A stretch of DNA of 40,016 nucleotides, taken from the IMG/VR virus record IMGVR_UViG_3300032261_000031, positions 1 to 40,016 of that record; one strand, written 5' to 3'. Shown here piece by piece: positions 27,552 through 33,993 of this stretch (position 1 is its first letter; every line of letters begins with the position of its first letter). The translations under genes were made by a program, and so were the position numbers. Source of the DNA: a virus (Duplodnaviria; Caudoviricetes). The notes below the pieces were generated by a model, which saw only the letters and a program-made list of their open reading frames with translations, made no database searches and had not been told where the DNA came from.

Positions 27552-27788
27552 ATGTTCAAGCATCGCTCGACCGTTGACGTGGTTGTGATCTTGCTCTCGG
27601 CGATGGTTTCGTTTACCATTTTCGCTGCGGCGATGGGAACGATCATCGGCAAGATCATCAATCCGAAAATGGAAACCACCAACGCCGCTGAACTCATCGC
27701 GAACACGATCACCACGGTGGTCGGCGCGCTCGTGGGTTTCATCGGCGGACGCGCCGTCGGACGCAACGAAGCGAACGGCGAAAAATGA
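27552..27788 (+). CDS. Holin-like two-TM protein
   Basis: Two hydrophobic segments; precedes the endolysin candidate. Confidence 0.6.
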   Translation: MFKHRSTVDVVVILLSAMVSFTIFAAAMGTIIGKIINPKMETTNAAELIANTITTVVGALVGFIGGRAVGRNEANGEK

Positions 27789-28165
27789 AGCAGCACCATG
27801 TCACGGCAACGAGCTTCGCGGACCCGGACGACGTCGCCGCGTTCAAACGCTGCAAGGCGCAAGGCAAGTCGGACCAGGAATGCTTCAAGGTCGGCGATAA
27901 CGGGGTCGGTTGTTGGGGCGATGATACGACGACATCTGAGCCGGCTTGCGCGCTTCCTCCGGAAGCCATGATCGCGAAGTGGGGCAGCGTGAAGGCCGCC
28001 AAACACAAAAAGGTTTTCGTCGCGGTGAAAGAGCGCGGCGTCACGTGCGTGCTCAAAGACCGATTGCCGCGCGGCGTCGAGAAGATCGACCTCAACCCCG
28101 GCGCGTGCACCGCGCTCGGACTCACGCCGCCGGTGAAGACGCGGGCGACTTGGGAATGGTTTTAA
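27785..28165 (+). CDS. Putative endolysin, RlpA-like double-psi beta-barrel
   Basis: ATSF...ACALP...VLKDRLP...IDLNPGACTALG parallels the RlpA/DPBB pattern; adjacent to the holin-like gene. Confidence 0.65.
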   Translation: MKQHHVTATSFADPDDVAAFKRCKAQGKSDQECFKVGDNGVGCWGDDTTTSEPACALPPEAMIAKWGSVKAAKHKKVFVAVKERGVTCVLKDRLPRGVEKIDLNPGACTALGLTPPVKTRATWEWF

Positions 28166-28187
28166 CTCAACAAACGAAAGGAAAACA

Positions 28188-28370
28188 ATGCCACTCAAAA
28201 AAGGCACATCGAAAGAAACGATAGGCAAAAACATCGGCGAGTTCCACAAAGGACCGACCTTCGCCGCGACCAAGGCGAAGTCCGGCAAGGAAGCCGCCGA
28301 CAAGCAAGCGGTCGCCGTCGCGCTCAGCAAGGCGCGCGAGTCGGGCGCGAAGATTCCGAAAAAGAAATGA
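28188..28370 (+). CDS. Small basic phage protein (MPLKKG...KQAVAVALS family)
   Basis: Recognisable widespread phage microprotein motif; AAGGA upstream. Confidence 0.75.
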   Translation: MPLKKGTSKETIGKNIGEFHKGPTFAATKAKSGKEAADKQAVAVALSKARESGAKIPKKK

Positions 28371-28377
28371 CGCCGCC

Positions 28378-28509
28378 ATGATTCACCAAATCTCACTGAT
28401 CGTCGCCGCGATCCTGCTTCTGCTCGCCGGGCTCAACGTCGGGCACGAGCGCGTGTCGTTGGGCTGGATCGGCTTGTTCTTTTTCGTCGCCAGCTTCCTC
28501 GTCCATTGA
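28378..28509 (+). CDS. 43-aa two-TM membrane microprotein
   Basis: MIHQISLIVAAILLLLAGLNVGHERVSLGWIGLFFFVASFLVH; below the ORF-track cutoff. Confidence 0.6.
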   Translation: MIHQISLIVAAILLLLAGLNVGHERVSLGWIGLFFFVASFLVH

Positions 28510-28963
28510 CGAACCGGCGCAGAACGCGGCTCGCCTCGCGGCGGTTCCGCGCGTCGTTCCACCAAAGGTTGATTCCCGAGGGGTGCGGGAAGAACAGGAA
28601 CTCGTTGCCGTAGTCGCGGACCGTGCGCGAGAGGAAGGGGCCGGAAACGCCGAAGCATTTCCCGACCGCGCGCCCGAGCAGGACGAACCTCGTGTTCCGG
28701 CGCCTGGCCAGCTCGCGCGAAGCCTTCGAGAGTCCCTCGGGCACGCGGAACGCGTCGCCCTTGCCCGACTTGCCGTGGAACTGGGCGTTCAGGTTGAATC
28801 TCTCCGCGGCCGCGTAAAACGTCGCCTCGGGCATCCCAAGCATCTCGGCGAGCTTTCGGCCGACGCGACCGGCGCAAGCTTCCCGCCGACGGCGGCGCTC
28901 GGAAAGTCTCGCGGCGGCCCGGCTGGGTCCTTGACCGACGACCACGAACTTCTTCCGTTTCAT
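28433..28963 (-). CDS. Uracil-DNA glycosylase superfamily protein
   Basis: VVVGQGPS (motif A), VLLGRAV and FPHPSG (motif B). Likely start ATG 28963. Confidence 0.8.
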   Translation of the reverse strand: MKRKKFVVVGQGPSRAAARLSERRRRREACAGRVGRKLAEMLGMPEATFYAAAERFNLNAQFHGKSGKGDAFRVPEGLSKASRELARRRNTRFVLLGRAVGKCFGVSGPFLSRTVRDYGNEFLFFPHPSGINLWWNDARNRREASRVLRRFVNGRGSWRRKRTSRSSPTTRARARR

Positions 28964-29232
28964 TTCCACAAGATGTAGCCGCGCTCGCGCGCCTCCCTCG
29001 CGTGCGAGTGAATCCACTCGTGGTGCGTCTGGCAGACCGCCATCCAGAAAGAAACGTCGTTCAGTTTCTTCCCGGAGCGTCCAGCCTTGTGGTGCACGTG
29101 CCGGGAACGGAAAGAACAGCCCGAGAATTGGCAGAGCGGATAAGCGCGCAGGAACTTGCCTTTCAAGATCAGATAGTCGCCGAGCGCGATCCTCCGAGCG
29201 TCGCTGACGCGTTTAAGTCGGGTTCGCTTCGT
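28960..29232 (-). CDS. Small HNH nuclease
   Basis: C-x4-C, HVHHKAGR and VCQTHHEWIH motifs. Start uncertain (TTG 29166 or ACG 29232). Confidence 0.75.
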   Translation of the reverse strand, partial: TKRTRLKRVSDARRIALGDYLILKGKFLRAYPLCQFSGCSFRSRHVHHKAGRSGKKLNDVSFWMAVCQTHHEWIHSHAREARERGYILWK

Positions 29233-29416
29233 CGCCGTTCCTTTCGTTTTCTTCGCGCCCGAAAAACGCGCCGAGCTTCTCCATTTCCCGCAAGTCCTCG
29301 AGCACGATCCGCTCGAGCTCCTCGCGCAGCCCGTAAGGCACGGTCACGTTCATCACGGCCAGATACCGGCAAACCTTGGCCACGATCCGGCGCGCGGTGG
29401 ACCCGCTCACGCCCAT
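29213..29416 (-). CDS. Hypothetical protein (67 aa)
   Basis: Likely ATG 29416; packed in operon. Confidence 0.5.
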   Translation of the reverse strand: MGVSGSTARRIVAKVCRYLAVMNVTVPYGLREELERIVLEDLREMEKLGAFFGREENERNGDEANPT

Positions 29417-29751
29417 TTGGCTATCTCCAAGAGCCGGGCGACGGCGCGCGCGTGACCGTATTTGGTCGCCAGATATCGGTAGACGAAATTGCCGACGCTG
29501 GCGTCCGGGTGTTTTTCCTTCCAGCCGGCGAGGTAAGCGGACATCAAAGCGACCATGAAGCGCGCGTTCTTTTGGTAGCGCTTGCCGAAACCCGCCGCGG
29601 ACATTCGGAGCCGGTGGTTGAACGCGAGCGCGTCGACGTTCGCCTCGGACTTGCCGCGCTTCTCGAACTCGGAGCAGAGCTCGGCCAAGACGATGTCGGC
29701 GTCCTCGCGCTGCCAGTTCTCCCAACGGGTGCGGCTTCTTTTTCTCGTCAT
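29407..29751 (-). CDS. Hypothetical protein (114 aa)
   Basis: ATG 29751 overlapping the upstream stop. Confidence 0.6.
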   Translation of the reverse strand: MTRKRSRTRWENWQREDADIVLAELCSEFEKRGKSEANVDALAFNHRLRMSAAGFGKRYQKNARFMVALMSAYLAGWKEKHPDASVGNFVYRYLATKYGHARAVARLLEIAKWA

Positions 29752-30041
29752 AAGAGTTGCATTTGGTCGGTTGGCGGCGGCTTCGGTTCTTCGCGGCGAA
29801 CCCAACGCGGAAACGAGTCGGCGTCGATCGTGGAATCGTTCTTCAGCCTGAGCCCGTCCAACACGTTGCCGACGACGAGGAAACTTTCCCATCGCCGAAA
29901 ATTGCGATAGGTCGGGCAGAGATCGGTCTTGAACCACTTCTTGTCTCGCGCGCCCTGAAAATAGACGCGGATGAAGGCGGTCGCGTTGTCCGAGCCGTTC
30001 TTTTGCGGGTCGATCTTCGTGATCTTAGCCGTGATCGTCAT
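29748..30041 (-). CDS. Hypothetical protein (97 aa), possibly OB-fold
   Basis: Beta-rich pattern, GAGGG upstream. Confidence 0.6.
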   Translation of the reverse strand: MTITAKITKIDPQKNGSDNATAFIRVYFQGARDKKWFKTDLCPTYRNFRRWESFLVVGNVLDGLRLKNDSTIDADSFPRWVRREEPKPPPTDQMQLL

Positions 30042-30333
30042 GTTTGCCCTCGATTTTTTGGAGCGACCGCGGAACCTCGCCGAGCAAACCGTGCTCGCGC
30101 GCTTCCCGGAACTGATCGAAATACCGGGCGGCGTTGAAGAACACGACCGCGCCGCTGCCGGTTTCCCCGACGTTGTCGGGATGGCGCGCGAACCAATCGA
30201 CGAACGCTCGGGGCGGGTGCGGGTGCCAGTCGTGGTAAACGAACTGCGAGAAGTGGACCTTGCGCAATTTCTCGCCGCAGTTCGCGGCCTTGCAGAGCCG
30301 CCCGATCTTTTGCATCCGCTCGTGTCTGTTCAT
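30025..30333 (-). CDS. Hypothetical protein (102 aa)
   Basis: ATG 30333 overlapping the initiator stop; GGAG upstream. Confidence 0.6.
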   Translation of the reverse strand: MNRHERMQKIGRLCKAANCGEKLRKVHFSQFVYHDWHPHPPRAFVDWFARHPDNVGETGSGAVVFFNAARYFDQFREAREHGLLGEVPRSLQKIEGKHDDHG

Positions 30334-31082
30334 CGTTCTTCTCCGTAAAGGCGGTCTTCCATTTCTTTGCGCTCGCGTTCGCGCCGTTCCTCCCTCGGGT
30401 CCGGCGGGCGCGCGGGAGGTTTCGGGCGTTGGTTCTTGGGCTCGAACAGCCCGCGCCAGTTGTTGCGGATCGATTGGTCGAGGACCTCGAGCTGGTCGGT
30501 TTCCGAGAACTTCTTCAACCAGCGGACCTGAGCTCGAAACATCTTGTCCCAATCCTTCGGCGCGTGCCCCATGTCGCGCCGGACCTTGGTCCATTCGACG
30601 AACTTGGCGCGCACCCCCTCCCTCAACTCTCCCCCTATCTCATAAGCAGAAGCAGATGCAGATGCAGCGTTTTCAACGGTGTTAACCACGTTAACCTTTT
30701 TGTATTTAACATTCTTCAATTTCCTTCTGCGCTTCCGTTGATAATCCCTGAAGTATGAACGCCTTACCTCCTGGTCGCGAATGCTGCGATAGTGCCCGTA
30801 GTTGACGATTTGCCATCCCCAATCGCGCGCCGAGTCGAGAGGCACCAAACGCTTCCCCTCCTCGAGTTGTGATCTGCTGTTAACATCCGGTTGACACAAT
30901 TCGTTCACATAGCGCCGCACTTGCTCCAGCGGAACGTTGGTCCGCCGGGCGATCGCCTCGACCGTCATGTCGACCGCCCCCGTTTGGTCCGCCAAGACCA
31001 GCAGGTCCATGAACATGCGGCGGCAGTTGTAGTCTTCAGCTATGCTGCTGTCGTAAATTTGCTCGAAGACCTTCGCGAACAC
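30330..31082 (-). CDS. Replication initiator (replisome-organiser type, N-terminal winged HTH)
   Basis: FAKVFEQIYDSSI, LADQTG...AIARRTNV, GWQIVNYGHYR, basic linker, C-terminal DQSIRNNWRGLF; internal AT-rich patch. Confidence 0.75.
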   Translation of the reverse strand: MFAKVFEQIYDSSIAEDYNCRRMFMDLLVLADQTGAVDMTVEAIARRTNVPLEQVRRYVNELCQPDVNSRSQLEEGKRLVPLDSARDWGWQIVNYGHYRSIRDQEVRRSYFRDYQRKRRRKLKNVKYKKVNVVNTVENAASASASAYEIGGELREGVRAKFVEWTKVRRDMGHAPKDWDKMFRAQVRWLKKFSETDQLEVLDQSIRNNWRGLFEPKNQRPKPPARPPDPREERRERERKEMEDRLYGEER

Positions 31083-31091
31083 GTCGTTCCT

Positions 31092-31120
31092 ATTAAATAC
31101 CGTATTTAACAGATGTAAAC
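31092..31120 (-). promoter_or_regulatory. Putative promoter of the replication operon with overlapping palindrome
   Basis: Minus strand reads TTTACA-N16-TTTAAT. Perfect inverted repeat TTAAATAC-C-GTATTTAA at 31093-31109. Confidence 0.6.
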
Positions 31121-31159
31121 GATTTTTTTCCGGCCCGTGAATTTTGCCAACGGTTCGGT

Positions 31160-31188
31160 GTTTACATTTGCCATCCGTTGGGTATCGT
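31160..31188 (+). promoter_or_regulatory. Putative promoter of the RAMP operon (repeat copy 1)
   Basis: GTTTACATTTGCCATCCGTTGGGTAT, 25/26 identical to 33756-33781; TTTACA-N16-TATCGT. Confidence 0.7.
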
Positions 31189-31198
31189 CTCGAGCATT

Positions 31199-32056
31199 AT
31201 GAGCAAAGCAATACTGAAGCAGAAATCGAAAAACCGCGTCGGCGCGCAGGCTGGGGTGTTCGCCGACCGGTTCAAAAACCCGAAAGCGAAACCCAACGGC
31301 GAGGCGGAGTTGGAATTCACGCAGCTGCAGCGCGGCCGCGTGACGTTCTACATCGTCGGCAAGACACCGCTGATCATGAACCGGATGAGCCAGAAGGTCA
31401 TCCGCGGCTTGCTCGCGCCGCCTGGACCGAAGACCAAGGCGGAGAAGCAAGGCTCGATCAAGCACAACCCGCTCGAGGAGTTTCGGGCGAGCGCGCACAC
31501 GCTGCGCGATCCCGAGGCGCCGACGTTGTTGGCGATGCCGGCGACGGCGTTCAAGGGCGCGTTGCGCGACGTGGCGGTCGACATCCCGGGCGCGGCCAAG
31601 GCGCAGATCGGCCGGTTGACCTACATCAACGAGGAATACGTGCCGATCTACGGCGCGCCGCAGCTCTTGATGAGCGTGGTGCGCAACTCGGACATGAACC
31701 GGACGCCCGACGTGCGGACGCGCCTGATCATGCCGCAATGGGCCGCCGTCGTGACGATCACGTTCCAAGTGCCGCTGCTCACCGCCACGCAGATCCGCGA
31801 CCTGTTCGCGGCCGCGGGCGAGATCATCGGCGTCGGAGACTTCCGGCCGCAGAAGGGGCGCGGAAACTACGGGCAGTTCGTCCTGACCACCGCCGAGCAC
31901 ATCGAGCCGATCATGGCCGAGGGCGGCAGGGAAGTGCAAACGCAGGCGTTGGAAAAGCCGGGATTCTACGACGTGGACAGCGAAGAGTTGTTTATGTGGT
32001 ATGACTTAGAGATGGAGCGCAGGGGCCGTTCCAAGAAGGACGGTGACGCGCAATGA
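31199..32056 (+). CDS. Stand-alone RAMP-superfamily (Cas7-like) RNA-binding protein; candidate effector of the adjacent pentamer-repeat RNA array
   Basis: IVGKTPLIMN (first strand with TPL), MPATAFKGALR (cf. RAMP IPGSSLKGALR), Gly-rich loop GVGDFRPQKGRGNYGQF. No other cas gene recognised. Confidence 0.8.
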   Translation: MSKAILKQKSKNRVGAQAGVFADRFKNPKAKPNGEAELEFTQLQRGRVTFYIVGKTPLIMNRMSQKVIRGLLAPPGPKTKAEKQGSIKHNPLEEFRASAHTLRDPEAPTLLAMPATAFKGALRDVAVDIPGAAKAQIGRLTYINEEYVPIYGAPQLLMSVVRNSDMNRTPDVRTRLIMPQWAAVVTITFQVPLLTATQIRDLFAAAGEIIGVGDFRPQKGRGNYGQFVLTTAEHIEPIMAEGGREVQTQALEKPGFYDVDSEELFMWYDLEMERRGRSKKDGDAQ

Positions 32057-32526
32057 GGCCGACCAAACTTCAAGAGCGCGACCGCAAGGCGCTGCGCAAG
32101 CTGGAAAAGGACGGAAGGTTGAACAAGCACGACGTCGTGGACGCCGCGCGCGACCCGAAGAGCGCGCTGCATCGGCACTTCACGTGGAGCGACAAAAGAT
32201 GCGGCGAACTGCATCGGGCCGAGGAGGCGCTGTCTCTCATCGAAAGCTATCACGTTCAAATGGTGATCGTCGACCAAGTTATCGACGATCTTCCTTTTTA
32301 CGTGAACGATCCGAGCAAGTCGGCGAAGGATCCCGGTCACATCGCGCTGCCGAAACTGCAGGAAGACAGGCGGCTCGGACTGATCGCGCTCCGAAACGAA
32401 GCGGAGCGGGTTCACTCGGCGCTGACGCGAGCGCGCGGCATAGCGGTCGCGCTCGGGCTGCAAAGCGAACTCGAAAACATGCTGATCGACATGTCGTCCA
32501 TAGTTCAACGAATGAGGGCAGCCTAA
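32053..32526 (+). CDS. Partner protein of the RAMP gene (VVDAARDPKSALHRHFTW family)
   Basis: ATGA overlap with the RAMP gene; ends 13 nt before the array; helical; function unknown. Confidence 0.75.
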   Translation: MRPTKLQERDRKALRKLEKDGRLNKHDVVDAARDPKSALHRHFTWSDKRCGELHRAEEALSLIESYHVQMVIVDQVIDDLPFYVNDPSKSAKDPGHIALPKLQEDRRLGLIALRNEAERVHSALTRARGIAVALGLQSELENMLIDMSSIVQRMRAA

Positions 32527-32539
32527 ACGAATGGGAGGA

Positions 32540-33552
32540 GGCAGACACGGCGCGGTTTGAGCTGGATGGGCTAGGTGGCTTGAGGAGAGGCATGGTGAGG
32601 CAGACAAGTCGTGGAAAACATGCACCGGGTTGGCTGGGTCGGGTATGGCAAGGCGCGGCAGACTTAGCGAGGCTTGGCTTGCCCGCTTTCTGGTCCGGTC
32701 GGGCACCGCGGCGCGAGGCCGGGCGAGGCAGGCAGGGTCCGGCCCGGCGAGGCCGAGGCGGGGTTTGGCAAGGCGCGGTATGGCTTGGCCGAGTGTGGCC
32801 CCGGCGCGGCGAGGCAGACGTGGAAGGACAGGACGCGGCGCGACATGGTCGGACTTAACTAAAAGATGGGCACGGAGGGTCAGAACACGGATGGGCGACG
32901 ATAGTTGTGGCGACGCAGACGCGGTTCGATCCGGCGCGGTTAGGCATGGACTTGGCCGGGCTAGGCGCGGACAGTTCTCGCGGGGCGAGGCAGACAAGGA
33001 CGGGCTGGGCCCGACGGTGGTTAGTCAAGCAGCGGCAGCGAAGGTCACGTTAGCGACCGGATGGGACAGAATCGGCGCGGCAGGTTTGGATAGGCGTTGT
33101 CGAGAATGGAGAGACACGGCACGGTTTGGCGAGGTGAGTCACGGCAGACGTGGTTAGATCCGGCGTAGCAAGGAATGTCATGACCGGACAGGATTCGGTT
33201 CGGCGGCGCAAACAAGGCAGGGACCGGTATGGTCGAACGAGAACTCGACTGGCGCGCAGTGAAATGAAAGGCTCGGACAGGCAGACGTGGCGAGACAAGT
33301 CGCGATTCTGGCCGCGAGAGGTCGGGCGAGAAGTGACCGGGCGCGACGAGGCAGACGAGGTCGGGCATGGTCCGGCGCGTCAAGAAAACGACCGGCATGG
33401 CGCGGGAAGATTAGGTAGGACGCGGCAGACGTGGCCAGGTTGGGCTCGGCAACGACGGATACGGGAAGGTGGGACATGGAACTTTCCGGCTTGGTAGACG
33501 CGGCAGACGTGGTTCGGTTCAGCGTGGCGTGGCGTGGTTCGGTTCGGCAGGC
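32540..33552 (+). ncRNA. Array of 14 units built from GGY-NN-like pentamers and delimited by GGCA-GAC-like markers; putative guide-RNA array
   Basis: Markers at 32540, 32599, 32657, 32727, 32813, 32914, 32989, 33079, 33143, 33207, 33280, 33350, 33424, 33502, 33546. Unit lengths 59, 58, 70, 86, 101, 75, 90, 64, 64, 73, 70, 74, 78, 44. Strong 5-nt periodicity and G-strand bias. The repeat is directly visible; the RNA function is inferred. Confidence 0.8.
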
Positions 33553-33577
33553 GAAAAAAAATTGGAGAGGAAAAAAA

Positions 33578-33712
33578 ATGAAAGCAACGAAGTCGGAGAT
33601 CAGCAAAGTGATGGCGTTTCTCGGCAGCAAGACGAGCGCGCGGAAGAAACGAAGCGCGCGCGCGAACGCGAAGCTGCCGAGGCCGCGGCGGAAAAGGCGG
33701 CGTCATAAGTGA
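33578..33712 (+). CDS. 44-aa highly basic peptide, putative nucleic-acid binding
   Basis: GGAGAGG RBS; MKATKSEISKVMAFLGSKTSARKKRSARANAKLPRPRRKRRRHK. Confidence 0.65.
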   Translation: MKATKSEISKVMAFLGSKTSARKKRSARANAKLPRPRRKRRRHK

Positions 33713-33755
33713 TTCGTAACCAGCCGCTTAAGCGATGAAATAATCGCGTTTTTTC

Positions 33756-33784
33756 GTTTACATTAGCCATCCGTTGGGTATATT
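33756..33784 (+). promoter_or_regulatory. Putative early promoter (repeat copy 2)
   Basis: GTTTACATTAGCCATCCGTTGGGTAT-ATT; TTTACA-N16-TATATT. Confidence 0.7.
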
Positions 33785-33792
33785 GATGACTG

Positions 33793-33951
33793 ATGAACAC
33801 AACACAAGGTCAGACTGTTCGGGGCGAGGCCATGTTGCTTCGCCGTTTGGAGATCAACCTCAACCGCGCCATCGACAAATTCGTGGCGCTCGCGGATCGC
33901 TGGTTCTTCACGCCGATCCTGTTCAGGGGAGGCGACGCCAGCGACTTCTAA
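33793..33951 (+). CDS. Hypothetical 52-aa protein, probably leaderless
   Basis: ATG 8 nt after the putative -10; MNTTQGQTVRGEAMLLRRLEINLNRAIDKF... Confidence 0.5.
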   Translation: MNTTQGQTVRGEAMLLRRLEINLNRAIDKFVALADRWFFTPILFRGGDASDF

Positions 33952-33993
33952 AGTGTGGTCAACTTCCGCGCTCACTCTGTCGAGCGCGGTCTG

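Noticed and set aside
27921-27943. Possible self-target of the last array unit (GA.GA.AC.AC.AC pattern in the endolysin gene)
   Set aside because: Only six of eight dinucleotides match a low-complexity pattern, which is plausible by chance in 80 kb of both-strand sequence.
32540-33552. Canonical CRISPR array
   Set aside because: No 23-50 bp identical repeats with unique spacers. The marker is only 7 nt and the intervening sequence is itself periodic.
32279-33706. ORF-track ORFs over the array (e.g. 32630-33157, 33150-33497, 33045-33398, 33178-33630)
   Set aside because: Arg/Gly/Ala/Trp- or Pro-rich translations are what 5-nt GG periodicity produces. A period of 5 argues against codon structure, and no RBS is evident.
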